Source: a virus (taxonomy: Duplodnaviria > Caudoviricetes). Taken from it: a stretch of DNA of 43,520 bases. The notes beneath the pieces are model-generated. The model saw nothing but the letters and a program-made list of their open reading frames with translations. It was not told the DNA's origin and searched no databases. This document shows, piece after piece, positions 15,892-26,109 of the stretch (the first letter of the stretch is position 1; every line of letters begins with the position of its first letter). The stretch is taken from IMG/VR virus record IMGVR_UViG_3300037483_000044, positions 1 to 43,520 of that record. One strand, written 5' to 3'. The position numbers and the translations under genes are program-made.

Positions 15892-16098
15892 ATGACTATG
15901 TCGATTGCAGTTGCACACACCAATAAAACTATAAAATGGTTCTGTCCAAAATGTCTAGACCATACATGGCATTTTCAAGATAATGACTTAAATATGAAGT
16001 GTATTGAATGTAGTAATACATTTAATATAGATGAACTTAGCGCATTCAGAGAAGATCATAAATCTGGTATGCGATTATTTAATGGAAAATGGGGATAA
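15892..16098 (+). CDS. Zn-ribbon small protein
   Basis: CPKC...CIEC. Confidence 0.6.
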   Translation: MTMSIAVAHTNKTIKWFCPKCLDHTWHFQDNDLNMKCIECSNTFNIDELSAFREDHKSGMRLFNGKWG

Positions 16099-16564
16099 GG
16101 TGTCAGATAATGGACTATATATAGCAATAGACCCAGGTGCAGGACGTACTAATTCAATTGGTTGGGCTATATTTCTCAATGATGGTCGTCCTGCGGGCAT
16201 GGGACAACTCACATATGAAGGTTTAGTAGACAAACTCTACAATGAACTAAATAATATCCCTGTAGCGTTAGTTATTTGTGAGGATTATCGTATCCGCAGG
16301 GAAAAGATTTCTTCTCATGTAGGATCTAGAGTTGAAACTATACAAACTATTGGTACTATAAGAGCATGGTGTCAGTTAAAGAATATTAAACTGGAGTTAC
16401 AGAAAAGTAATATACTTAGATTAGCTGAAAAACAATTTGGAATAGCCATGCCTACTGACCATACTCAATCACATCAATATTCTGCTCTACTGCATGGTTT
16501 TTGGTATTTACATAGAATTGGGAAAGCCAAAACTGTACTGGAGCGTGAGCATGATGCCTCATGA
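16031..16564 (+). CDS. RuvC-like Holliday junction resolvase (true start probably about 16082-16100)
   Basis: YIAIDPG...IGWA, VICEDY, IGTIR and C-terminal HQYSA. Confidence 0.75.
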   Translation: MNLAHSEKIINLVCDYLMENGDKVSDNGLYIAIDPGAGRTNSIGWAIFLNDGRPAGMGQLTYEGLVDKLYNELNNIPVALVICEDYRIRREKISSHVGSRVETIQTIGTIRAWCQLKNIKLELQKSNILRLAEKQFGIAMPTDHTQSHQYSALLHGFWYLHRIGKAKTVLEREHDAS

Positions 16565-16829
16565 TACAGAAGACTGTAAAAGTCCTAAAGATCATTGTTT
16601 CTTTCATAATGAAGATGAGCCAATTACAGAAACATCTTATAAAGTATGTGGGGAGTGCTTCCATGTATTTCAAAAGGCAGAAGAACTAATAAAAGAATAT
16701 GAACGAGTTGAAAGTGAAATAAATAAGCCGGGTTTAAAAATTATTGAATTTTTAGATCCACCTGCTAAAGACTCAGTATTTAAAACACTAAGTATTCATT
16801 CTTGTCCATTTTGTAGCCATGATTTCTAA
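16551..16829 (+). CDS. Cys/His-rich hypothetical protein
   Basis: HCFFH, CGECFH and CPFCSHDF; GGAG RBS. Confidence 0.65.
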   Translation: MMPHDTEDCKSPKDHCFFHNEDEPITETSYKVCGECFHVFQKAEELIKEYERVESEINKPGLKIIEFLDPPAKDSVFKTLSIHSCPFCSHDF

Positions 16830-16837
16830 GGATTAAA

Positions 16838-17032
16838 ATGAAACGCACAACTGAAATAATGGCAAAAATAGAAGTACATGCTACAGTAACAGTTGATTTA
16901 AATCATACTGAAATCCAAATAATTGCAGATGTTTTAAATAATTATTTACCAAAAAATTATAAACTAGCTTATGACTTTAAAATTCTAGCACAGCAAATGA
17001 AAGAAGCTCTCGTGGATGAGGGGCTTAAATGA
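16838..17032 (+). CDS. Hypothetical protein
   Basis: AAGGA RBS; coupled to the next gene. Confidence 0.65.
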   Translation: MKRTTEIMAKIEVHATVTVDLNHTEIQIIADVLNNYLPKNYKLAYDFKILAQQMKEALVDEGLK

Positions 17033-17658
17033 AACAGGAAATTAAAATTGCAAGACAGTTACACAAGTTTGCTAAGTTAGCAGAAAAAGCAGGTACAGCA
17101 TTTAAAGTACCTGATCCTACAGAAGTTATAGAGGCAAGTACAAAACAACCAGCTTATTATGAAGCAGAAGCATTACTACTTGCAATAGAAAAACCAGCTA
17201 GATTTATATACAAAATATGCAAGCGTGAAGAATGTAAAGAACCTTTTGGTACTAATTATCGCGGAGTAGCATATTGTTCCGATAATTGTCGTAAGAAGGA
17301 TCTCGCAAAAATTGGAATACGCTGGTCTCCCGAGAAGTCACAAGAGGAACGTTGGGGAGGGGAACCTCCATTGATTGTTCCTCCTTCTGTCGTAAAGCTG
17401 CTAAAAGATTTACTTTCTCAGATTGAGCCCACACAACTATCCTATGTTGATGGAAGTCCTCAGCCCGATCTGTTAGACGATTCCGAAAAAACCAACCTTC
17501 TCTTACAAAGAGACGAACCAATTCTTCCACAACCGACGCAGACATCCTCCGTCTTTCGCTTCGTGACAAACCTCCCCAGATTCCAAACTCATCATGAACA
17601 ATCCCCTCCTCTAGACAAATATTCTGCACAGGACATTTCTGACAATACTTCTTCTTAA
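17029..17658 (+). CDS. Zn-finger-containing hypothetical protein
   Basis: CKREEC..PF......YCSDNCRK; C-terminal part overlaps whiB antisense. Confidence 0.7.
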   Translation: MKQEIKIARQLHKFAKLAEKAGTAFKVPDPTEVIEASTKQPAYYEAEALLLAIEKPARFIYKICKREECKEPFGTNYRGVAYCSDNCRKKDLAKIGIRWSPEKSQEERWGGEPPLIVPPSVVKLLKDLLSQIEPTQLSYVDGSPQPDLLDDSEKTNLLLQRDEPILPQPTQTSSVFRFVTNLPRFQTHHEQSPPLDKYSAQDISDNTSS

Positions 17659-17761
17659 GTCTTAAAGAAGGTCTGCCTGCTGCATAAAATTTCTCTATAT
17701 CTTCTAGCGAGGCAGACGCACAAGCGGCCCGTAGGCGCCACTCTCCATGTGTTATTCCCAT
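17252..17761 (-). CDS. whiB: WhiB-family Fe-S transcription factor with C-terminal extension
   Basis: W...AAC, CQKCPV...CL and FGIWGGLS..ERR are the four-Cys and GIWGG Wbl signatures. Confidence 0.92.
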   Translation of the reverse strand: MGITHGEWRLRAACASASLEDIEKFYAAGRPSLRLKKKYCQKCPVQNICLEEGIVHDEFGIWGGLSRSERRRMSASVVEELVRLFVREGWFFRNRLTDRAEDFHQHRIVVWAQSEKVNLLAALRQKEEQSMEVPLPNVPLVTSRETSVFQFLRDPSYDNYRNNMLLRDN

Positions 17762-17767
17762 GGACAG

Positions 17768-17798
17768 AGTGTACTACCTACGGGCCGCTTGCTGTCAA
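17768..17798 (-). promoter_or_regulatory. Promoter for a probably leaderless whiB transcript
   Basis: On the - strand: TTGACA-19 nt-TACACT-6 nt-ATG, with no RBS. Confidence 0.6.
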
Positions 17799-17992
17799 CT
17801 GCCTGTTGAAATGTCCGATTCGTCTTTATTTTTTGTGGCATACACACCAGTATAAGTAAATATAGCTAAAACTGCCCATGCAACTTTATCCCAAGGTTCA
17901 GGAAATTCACTTACAGATAATCCAGTTAAAACAACTCCTAAAAAGGCAACCCCTGCTTTTCTCGCTACAGTGAGAAATTTAGTCATTGTCAT
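17795..17992 (-). CDS. Putative holin
   Basis: Two TM segments, ARKA.VA N-terminus and GVYATKN C-terminus, as in actinophage holins. Confidence 0.7.
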   Translation of the reverse strand: MTMTKFLTVARKAGVAFLGVVLTGLSVSEFPEPWDKVAWAVLAIFTYTGVYATKNKDESDISTGS

Positions 17993-18270
17993 TTTATAAC
18001 TACAACTCCCTTGCCAATAACAAGGCCTAAAATAGCAATAATAACAGCAGTAATTACTAAGCTTACAACTCTATTACGTTCTAATTCTAGATTTTTAATG
18101 CGCCTATCAATTTGTTCTTGTACTATAGCAAAAGTTTCTTTAGTAACATGCATATCTATACTCTTTTTTATTTCTCTTATATCCTCTTTAAGTTCTATCA
18201 ATCTATTATTAATAGATGAAAGAATAACAGAAGAAAGCCCTGTCTCAGGATCAATAGATGGTGTGTTCAC
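17989..18270 (-). CDS. Coiled-coil plus C-terminal TM membrane protein (lysis-associated)
   Basis: Heptad pattern followed by VVSLVITAVIIAILGLVIG. Confidence 0.7.
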   Translation of the reverse strand: MNTPSIDPETGLSSVILSSINNRLIELKEDIREIKKSIDMHVTKETFAIVQEQIDRRIKNLELERNRVVSLVITAVIIAILGLVIGKGVVVIK

Positions 18271-18992
18271 TTAACTTGAGACATTCTTTTTCGGAAGGCA
18301 TGCATTAACTCTTTTTTAGAAGCATCTCCTCTATTAATAGTATCAGAAGTTGTATGTATATTAGTTACTTTTCTAAGAATCTCAGCTGCTCCTGCCGGAA
18401 CAACCATCTCATCTTTATGTATTTGAGCTATCATATTATGAGGTACTTTTTTTATACCTTGTGCAAAGGAAGGTAGAAATTTTCTATAAGATCCGTGCAT
18501 ATATGTAGTCCATGGGCTAAAATTACGACCACCACTTGAAATACGATAAGCCGCTGTAGCCTGCCTCATTAGATTATTTCGCAAGGCATTGATATCTCGA
18601 TCTCTACCTGTTCCAGTGTCTTTCCTAAGAGTTCTTACCTGGAACATACCGTAACTAGGTCCCCATGTATTATTTTGAAGACCTAAATCACCTTGAATAT
18701 TTGCATTATACCCAGATTCAGCACCAGCTATTCCGTACATAATACGGGCAGCTTGTGGACTAAATCCTGCCTTTTGAAGTACGTCTATTAAGTATTTACC
18801 GGGGCCTCCTTTATACGAGCCAGAAGAAGCACCAGAAGAGTAACTAGCACCACCACCAGATGAATTACTAATAGTAGGTTGTTGTGCTGCTCTTTGACTA
18901 GCTAATTGTTTTGCAAAAGACAAAGCATCGGCACCCATACTATCAATAATTGGAAGGCGGGCTGTAATAGCACTACCCCAAGAACTAGCCAC
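18267..18992 (-). CDS. Virion-associated lytic transglycosylase (SLT-like)
   Basis: IAGAESGYN, SYGMFQV and FSPWTTY motifs. Confidence 0.82.
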   Translation of the reverse strand: MASSWGSAITARLPIIDSMGADALSFAKQLASQRAAQQPTISNSSGGGASYSSGASSGSYKGGPGKYLIDVLQKAGFSPQAARIMYGIAGAESGYNANIQGDLGLQNNTWGPSYGMFQVRTLRKDTGTGRDRDINALRNNLMRQATAAYRISSGGRNFSPWTTYMHGSYRKFLPSFAQGIKKVPHNMIAQIHKDEMVVPAGAAEILRKVTNIHTTSDTINRGDASKKELMHAFRKRMSQVK

Positions 18993-21900
18993 CTTGAGCC
19001 GCCCTTCTTAGCATATCACGTTGTTCAAACTCAGCAGATTTTCTATAATTAGGTTTAGTATAGTTTTTAATACCTAGACCTGTCAAGAAATTCAGTAAAG
19101 CTACTTCATCCATGCCCGGTTCTTGCATACCTCTTCTTACATCTCGTTGTTCTTGGAAACCTGCCAATGGTTCAGTATTTGTGATATTAGCAACATACCC
19201 TAGTCCAGGTATTTGCTGATCCCAATACTCTGCTCCTGTAGGTATATCACCACCTGTACCCAAACTTTGTGCATAATTATTAGGTTTAGCTGACATCAAT
19301 TCTACGGGAATTCTTATACCAGGTGTAAGACTTCCTAGTACATCTCTTCCCGCACCCTCGCTTAAATAAGATGAACCTAAATCACTTACTGGATCACCTG
19401 GATTGATGCCATATAAATTACCCTGGAAAGGTATTTGAGGACCTAATATGTTATCTTGTAGCCATGAAGGAAATAACGTGTGTTCTGGGAAAGGATTTGC
19501 AAGAGAGTCAGGATCAACTCCCATAGTCATTGCCATATTATAAGAAGCCTTAGGCATAACCATAAACCGCCCTGGCTTCATAATAGCCGTTTCTATAACC
19601 AAAGGAATTGCTTTACGGAACCAAGAGTAGAAGGGTATAATTCTACGCATTACTTGACGTTCAAATGCAGTTAAATCTGAGCCATCAGGGTGCCATTTAC
19701 GTACAGTTTTACCTGCTTCTGCTATTGCATCATCTATATTCTTAAAAGAACCTTTTTCTAAACTATCAATAAAATGTGCAATTCTTACCCAGTGATCTCT
19801 TGACTGAGATACACCACCAGCAAATCTTTGTAATTTACCTCCTAAAGGCTTACGTATTGATTTTCCTCCTATATTCATAAAGCGCTGGCCTTCATTAAAA
19901 GCAGTATCTTCCAAAATACTGTAATCAGGTAAAAGTCCTTCTTGGAAAGCTCTACGATATACTTCATCAAAAGATACTTTTGTGGGTTTACCATTTATTT
20001 TAACGACTATATTTTTAAGACTTTGTTCTGCAGCAGGATTGTTGGAAATTAAAGCTTTGAACGAATCCCAATCTTTGTATGAAGAAGCTCTTGTATTAAG
20101 CACTTTAAGTGCTTTTTTGTATACCATTGGATTAGTCACGCCTGCTAGGAAGCTTAGACCCATATCTCCAACGAGATTTCGTACATGGTGGCCAGGGCGA
20201 TATATAGTAACGCCTGCTTTCCACATATGTAGTACCTGGTCGTACAGTCTAATTAGTCCACCTGAATTAAATACAGAATTATTAAGGAATTTATCTAGAT
20301 AAGGTAATTGACGAATAATATCATCTGAATAGTATTTATCAGGATCCATAAAAGGAAATACTGAACTAACTTTTTTAGAGTCTTTGATTTTGGAAAAACC
20401 TGGTTTCGCTGCAGTGGATACCCAAGGATGTCTTGTAGCTGAGATATCTCTACCTACAGTAACTTCAACTGTTGCTCTTTGAACAGCTGCATGCACTCTA
20501 TCTAAAATATCTAAAGGATCTTCTACATCCTTCCACTGACGCCAACTATTAATTTGTTCCCTTAAAGGTACACCTTCTTTAAATCTAAATTGTTTATCAA
20601 CGCCGTAGCGTTCTAATATCCTATTAAGGTGGTCAGAAAAAATACCATTTCTAACTGCAAAGGAACCAGCTTCTCTACGACCTCCTGCAAAAATAACATC
20701 TAATGATTGTTTCATAGATGCCATTAATTGAACCATTCCAATGTCATCGGATGGAATGGTTCCTTGTTGTAGAAGTTTAAAAGCTTCTGCTAGTTTTTTC
20801 TTAGCTAAACCTTGTATCGGAACACCAATTCTAGCTGCATATTCAGTTGCATATTCCTGTGCTTTATTATAGGTAACAGCCATAATGCCCCGGTGCATTC
20901 TCGCAAAGGTTTGCACTACATTATGATCTCTGTGTATCATGTAATGTAAATCTTCGTGGCCATAAGGTGCGTAAAAAGCAGAACCTATATTATCTTTTAA
21001 AGCTACCATTTTATCACTTAATGGAGCATTAGCTTTAAATATACCCATCTGTAGACGGGCAGCCTCTAGATCACTTAAATCGATGTCAAATTCAGGATCC
21101 TTTGTTACTTGAGAAGCTCTAATCTCTTGTTGTTTTACACCAATTTTTCGTGCTGCCTCTTTAGAGGCCCCGGCAAATTTTTTAGCAGTAGTTGCTTCCG
21201 CTAAATCAGCAGCTTCAACACCAGCTGAATGCAATTCACTGTCACCTATTACTTTCGCTGTAGCGAAAGCATCACTAGGTGCTTTTAGTTTTCTTCCTAT
21301 TTCTAACATATCATCTTGACGATTTACTATATCACCGAATATCTCACCCATAGATACATTAGGATCAGTAAACTTTTTAATTACTTTATCTATTACAGTA
21401 GTTGTCATACTTACTACTGATTCACCAATTTTAATAGCTTCTATAGCGTAATTTGCATTTACTCGTTGTAGTATTAAAGGTAGAACATCGCGTATTGCTT
21501 TATCTAATTCTTGTGCAGAAACTAGACCAATGCTCTCCCCTTTATTTGTCATTTGAAACATTTTAACATTAATAGTGCTAGCTAGATCAAGTGAACCCTC
21601 GTGTAGCGCAGCTTGAACATAGTTAGCAGCTGCATCCAGTATCTTTGTAGGATATATATTTTTAGCGTTTCTACCTCTCGTAAAGAGAAATTTTTTAGCT
21701 ACTTTAGAGTCTAATGAGTTCAATACATCCATTAAACTAAGTAGTATACCACTATTATCTGTACCTGCAATAAACTTAACACCTTCTGCTTTTAAAGCAG
21801 CTTCGGCAAAATTCATAGCATCCATAGTACGATTATACATTAAGTCAGGACGTACTTTCAAATGTGCACTTAACTCTTTTCCTTTTAAGCCACCTTTAAA

Positions 21901-24060
21901 AGTATCCTTTCCAGCTTTAGTTGCAATTGCTCTAAACATATCTACTTGTGCATACTTATTCCATCCACGGAGATTACGTGCTACACCCTCTCGTGGGGTT
22001 GGTGAAGTACGTTTAGCCTGTTTTATTGAGGTAATCCAAGGATACTTTTTTAAATCTTGTGGATCTACTAAATTTTTAACTACAGACTCATCTAGTACCA
22101 AACGTACATCATCAATTAACTGTGAAGTAACTTCTGGTAACTTAGTACTAAGTAATCTTGTGTCACCTGCTGCAGCTGCACCTATTATTTGATCTACTGG
22201 TACAACATTATCCCAAACTTGAGGTGTAGCTCTACCTTTAAAACGCTCTATTTTATCAGCAGGGAGCAGAAAATCCTCTAATTTCGGTGTCGAGGCTTTT
22301 TTTGGTCCGGTAATAGCAAAAATTTTCTTAGCTTTTTCCAGTAAATCCTTGGAGTCTTTTGCTCCAACTGAATCGAGGATTTCTTGCCATGCATTACTAG
22401 GAATCAATCCTTTCTCATGCGCTTCAACTATATCTTGTAGTTGTTTAAAGTTACCAGCTAATGTTTTTGTAGCCAGTTCTTTCACACGAGCATTGAAAGA
22501 TGCTTCAGTTCTTGCAGCACGTAGATAATTAATTTCACTACGAGAAAGTCTATCAGAGTGTTGAATAGCCCATGTAATAGATTCAGCAGGGGCTAACCTC
22601 TTAATACTAGTAACAGTTTTAGCAACATCTTCAAATACTGTTTTAGTAGTAGTAATTTTTTTAGTAGGATTTCTAACAAAATCAAAAACACTATCTGTAG
22701 GAGATTTACCTATGCCTAAATCTTTTAAGTATTGTTCAAGAGTAACTGTCTCACCTTTAGCATTTTTTAGTGTAGCTTCTTTGAAATTAGTGGGTATATG
22801 CCCTTTGCTAAGCATATCAGTTGCTTTTTTTAAAGTAAGACCTAGTTCCTCACCTTGTTTATCCGTAACACCTACTAAAGGAACTTTGCTTAAATCACCT
22901 GATGCATGAACTTTATTTACTTCATTATTTATGATTTTTTCTATATCTAATTGGCGTGTAGGATTTTCTCTAGCTACACGTAACATTTCTTCAATTGTAA
23001 AATTACCGATTCTATAAGTAGGGTCTTGCATAATAGCCATTTTAATTGCACGTCTAGCAGACAAAGTAGGCGAAGTCTGTTTAGGCGTAGCCGCTACAGG
23101 GGATAGCGGCACCGTCTCTTCTACCATTTTAGTGACAGGTACTCTTTCTGTAACTGTTTCTTCTACTTGCCTATATAGAGGCGCAACTTCTAAGTTAGGG
23201 TGCTCTAATACAGGAGTGCTACGCACTAAATCAGTCAATTTATTAGCTTGTACTTCATTAGCAAATTGAACAGGATTTAATTTATCTTCTACACCTGTTG
23301 CACCTGCAATAAATCGTGATTTAACAGGGGGAGCTTCTATAGCAAGCATAGGTTGTTTAGGTAGTTTATCTAATATCGCAGTAGCATCTGTTACTTTAGT
23401 GCCTGTTTTTATAACTTTAGCCAAAGATCCAATTGGTAAATAAGCAAGAGGATCCCCTAAAACATCAGAAGTAAATCCTGCGACAGCTTTTGCAGGCTTA
23501 GGTAAATCTTTACCAGGTGCATTAGAATCGTAGAATAATGCTTTAGAAGGAGTTTCTTTATTTTTGCCACTAAGACCTTGCCAGTACGCATTCAATATAA
23601 ATTTAGGGTCTAAGTTAGCACCTTTTGGATTTAAGAATACATTATCATTTCCTACATCTTGCTTAGCTTTAACCTGAGCCTGCATACCACTACCTACAGC
23701 ATACATTGGCCGAGATAGAATATCTATAGCACCCTTGACAGGGCCAGATTCTATTAGAGGTTTTGCCAAAGGATTTATAACACTTATAGGATCTGATAAA
23801 TAAGTCTTTTTTAAGAAATCAAAGAACCCCCCTGTAGCACCAGATTTAGACACATTCCCCGAAATAGTAGGGGTATGTGCCCTCATTGCTTCCATGGCTA
23901 ATTGCATAGCAGTGGGCGCACTCGTACCAATAGCATACGGATTTGAGGCAGCACTAAATGCCGTATTAGCAACTTTATCGTTGTTCATACGGTATGCGTA
24001 AACTGCCATTAACTGCTTAAGATAGTTATTAAGCAGCGGCGCTGGCACAGAGGTAGTCAT
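18985..24060 (-). CDS. Large internal virion / DNA-ejection protein (1691 aa)
   Basis: Size and position after the nozzle; DPLAYL, WKAGVT..RPGHHVRN and IIPFYSW motifs typical of podoviral internal proteins. Confidence 0.7.
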   Translation of the reverse strand: MTTSVPAPLLNNYLKQLMAVYAYRMNNDKVANTAFSAASNPYAIGTSAPTAMQLAMEAMRAHTPTISGNVSKSGATGGFFDFLKKTYLSDPISVINPLAKPLIESGPVKGAIDILSRPMYAVGSGMQAQVKAKQDVGNDNVFLNPKGANLDPKFILNAYWQGLSGKNKETPSKALFYDSNAPGKDLPKPAKAVAGFTSDVLGDPLAYLPIGSLAKVIKTGTKVTDATAILDKLPKQPMLAIEAPPVKSRFIAGATGVEDKLNPVQFANEVQANKLTDLVRSTPVLEHPNLEVAPLYRQVEETVTERVPVTKMVEETVPLSPVAATPKQTSPTLSARRAIKMAIMQDPTYRIGNFTIEEMLRVARENPTRQLDIEKIINNEVNKVHASGDLSKVPLVGVTDKQGEELGLTLKKATDMLSKGHIPTNFKEATLKNAKGETVTLEQYLKDLGIGKSPTDSVFDFVRNPTKKITTTKTVFEDVAKTVTSIKRLAPAESITWAIQHSDRLSRSEINYLRAARTEASFNARVKELATKTLAGNFKQLQDIVEAHEKGLIPSNAWQEILDSVGAKDSKDLLEKAKKIFAITGPKKASTPKLEDFLLPADKIERFKGRATPQVWDNVVPVDQIIGAAAAGDTRLLSTKLPEVTSQLIDDVRLVLDESVVKNLVDPQDLKKYPWITSIKQAKRTSPTPREGVARNLRGWNKYAQVDMFRAIATKAGKDTFKGGLKGKELSAHLKVRPDLMYNRTMDAMNFAEAALKAEGVKFIAGTDNSGILLSLMDVLNSLDSKVAKKFLFTRGRNAKNIYPTKILDAAANYVQAALHEGSLDLASTINVKMFQMTNKGESIGLVSAQELDKAIRDVLPLILQRVNANYAIEAIKIGESVVSMTTTVIDKVIKKFTDPNVSMGEIFGDIVNRQDDMLEIGRKLKAPSDAFATAKVIGDSELHSAGVEAADLAEATTAKKFAGASKEAARKIGVKQQEIRASQVTKDPEFDIDLSDLEAARLQMGIFKANAPLSDKMVALKDNIGSAFYAPYGHEDLHYMIHRDHNVVQTFARMHRGIMAVTYNKAQEYATEYAARIGVPIQGLAKKKLAEAFKLLQQGTIPSDDIGMVQLMASMKQSLDVIFAGGRREAGSFAVRNGIFSDHLNRILERYGVDKQFRFKEGVPLREQINSWRQWKDVEDPLDILDRVHAAVQRATVEVTVGRDISATRHPWVSTAAKPGFSKIKDSKKVSSVFPFMDPDKYYSDDIIRQLPYLDKFLNNSVFNSGGLIRLYDQVLHMWKAGVTIYRPGHHVRNLVGDMGLSFLAGVTNPMVYKKALKVLNTRASSYKDWDSFKALISNNPAAEQSLKNIVVKINGKPTKVSFDEVYRRAFQEGLLPDYSILEDTAFNEGQRFMNIGGKSIRKPLGGKLQRFAGGVSQSRDHWVRIAHFIDSLEKGSFKNIDDAIAEAGKTVRKWHPDGSDLTAFERQVMRRIIPFYSWFRKAIPLVIETAIMKPGRFMVMPKASYNMAMTMGVDPDSLANPFPEHTLFPSWLQDNILGPQIPFQGNLYGINPGDPVSDLGSSYLSEGAGRDVLGSLTPGIRIPVELMSAKPNNYAQSLGTGGDIPTGAEYWDQQIPGLGYVANITNTEPLAGFQEQRDVRRGMQEPGMDEVALLNFLTGLGIKNYTKPNYRKSAEFEQRDMLRRAAQGG

Positions 24061-24069
24061 ATTCCCTAC

Positions 24070-25212
24070 TTAATATCCATATGGAGATTGACCGTAACTT
24101 GATGCAGTATTAGGATTCATCTGATCCCAAATATATGCTACTATAGTTCTTAACTGATCTTCTGGTAATGCAGAAGCCCCTGCTTGCCTGTTCTTTTCTA
24201 AGACTGCATTTATATATTGATAGGGATTATTAGTTTGATTTGGGTCAATAGACATAGCTAAATTAACAGCTTGACTAGCTGCATCATTTCCTGTACCGAA
24301 TAATTTTGCAGCTTCGGCATAAGCCTTATCCATTGGACCCATCATCTGAAATTGCTGATAAGTAGTTGGCTGTGATGCAGTATTTAGTTTTTCTTGTGCA
24401 GCTTCTTTATCTGCATACGATTGGTATAACATACTAGCAAGTTGTTGTTGTTGTGAGGTATAGTTACTAGATAGTTGAGTCATTAAAGTATTTTGTGCAG
24501 CTGCTTGCTGAGATGACACACCTAATTCTTGATTACCTAAATCACTTAATCTGTTACTTAATAAGGCTGCAAGAGCATTTCTACTTTCTATACCTGCTGC
24601 ACCTGCTGCATTTCGTTGTCCTGTGTTGTAATCAAGTGAACTTTTTTGCTGTAAATTAGCAGCATTCTGTGCACCCTGATTACTACTTGTCAATAATCCT
24701 TGTAGAAAAGAAGAATCTTGTGCATTTTGTGCTAATAATCTAGGATCTGACGCAGCTGCACTTATACCTAACTTATCTAATTTAGCCACAACTTCATTAT
24801 TTGCTTGAGTATATGTATTAGCTATTTGTTTTCTACCACCTGTATACGCATTACTAATTCCTGTTTTTTCAGTGTTGTAATCTCTATTAATAGTAGCACT
24901 TTGAGCACCAATATCTTTTTGTAGTGCAGCATACATAGCTTTAAGAGCCGCATTACTGGTTGTAGCATTGCTATTAGCTTGACTACGTAAATTGTTGATA
25001 ATTTGGTGTTGTGGCCCATATACTGAAGATAATTGTTGAGCGGCTAAAGCTGAAAAATCAGGTGCACTCTGTCCTAGAATTGCTTTAAGCAACTCCATAG
25101 GATCCTGGTTATTAGTATAAGGTGCCCGTGTACTAGCCGTGTACTTATCCCATATTGGAGTAGAAGAACCATACCCTGTAGGGGTAGGCATTATTCCATA
25201 TGTCCCGGCCAT
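24070..25212 (-). CDS. Internal virion protein (A/Q/N/S-rich, helical)
   Basis: Composition and synteny. Confidence 0.65.
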   Translation of the reverse strand: MAGTYGIMPTPTGYGSSTPIWDKYTASTRAPYTNNQDPMELLKAILGQSAPDFSALAAQQLSSVYGPQHQIINNLRSQANSNATTSNAALKAMYAALQKDIGAQSATINRDYNTEKTGISNAYTGGRKQIANTYTQANNEVVAKLDKLGISAAASDPRLLAQNAQDSSFLQGLLTSSNQGAQNAANLQQKSSLDYNTGQRNAAGAAGIESRNALAALLSNRLSDLGNQELGVSSQQAAAQNTLMTQLSSNYTSQQQQLASMLYQSYADKEAAQEKLNTASQPTTYQQFQMMGPMDKAYAEAAKLFGTGNDAASQAVNLAMSIDPNQTNNPYQYINAVLEKNRQAGASALPEDQLRTIVAYIWDQMNPNTASSYGQSPYGY

Positions 25213-25214
25213 GA

Positions 25215-25871
25215 TTATAATCCATACTGTGCTGCACGCCGGTTAACAGCATCCTGCTTTGCTTTAGTTGTAGAAAGCTGCTGCTGGTCATTGAAGTTGG
25301 ATAAATCCATATTTAAATTAGCTAGATAATTGGAACGTGCAGTGCTCATATCCGATTGACGACGTGCATAGTCAGATACTAGTCTGTTCATATCTTGACC
25401 ATACACACCAGAGAAATAAAGTCCTCTACTTGCAAAATCATTACCTTGGTCTTCTAAACCTCGTGTTTTTTGTTGACCTAAATCACGTGTACGACCTGTA
25501 TAATCAACATTATACTGATTTTGTGCCTGACCTTGCTGTGCGCGATAGTCAGCCAATGCTTTTTTTAATGCAGATAGTTGAGACTGGTAAGTTGAATCAG
25601 TATTTAGCCAATCGTTAATATTCATAGGAGGCGCAGCGGGAAGTGATGCAGCGCCATAAGAGCCTGTACCGCCTCCTCCTGTAGGATAGCCTCCATATGT
25701 ACCACCACCTGTAGAACTAACAGTACCAGTACGACTAGTTGCTACAGAACGTGCAGGTGTCTTATCAACAAAAGGTGCACCTTGCGATGCGTACGTAGGT
25801 GGTTTATATAAAGTAGTAGGTTTTTTAGGTTTTAGCTGACTTATCTCTCCACCACTGTGTTCACCAGGCAT
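25215..25871 (-). CDS. Internal virion protein
   Basis: Gly-rich linker, ASRGLYFSG and coiled coil; synteny. Confidence 0.65.
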   Translation of the reverse strand: MPGEHSGGEISQLKPKKPTTLYKPPTYASQGAPFVDKTPARSVATSRTGTVSSTGGGTYGGYPTGGGGTGSYGAASLPAAPPMNINDWLNTDSTYQSQLSALKKALADYRAQQGQAQNQYNVDYTGRTRDLGQQKTRGLEDQGNDFASRGLYFSGVYGQDMNRLVSDYARRQSDMSTARSNYLANLNMDLSNFNDQQQLSTTKAKQDAVNRRAAQYGL

Positions 25872-26101
25872 TAGTACACGCTCCTATTAAATGCAGCAGA
25901 ACCATAATTCCCTGAGGCACCTGCTTTTAGTCTTTGTAAAATAGCATTTCTTCTAGCTTGGGTCTGTAAATCGCGTTTTTTATAGCCTAACGGATCTACA
26001 GCACCTGTAGTTGGCATTGATCTACCACTACCGTATGATTTTCTACCAGCAGCGAATGGATTAAATCCTCCTCCACCAGTAGCTACGCCATTATAGGGCA
26101 T
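25871..26101 (-). CDS. Small basic virion-associated protein
   Basis: GGAG RBS; coupled ORF. Confidence 0.65.
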   Translation of the reverse strand: MPYNGVATGGGGFNPFAAGRKSYGSGRSMPTTGAVDPLGYKKRDLQTQARRNAILQRLKAGASGNYGSAAFNRSVY

Positions 26102-26109
26102 GGCGACTC

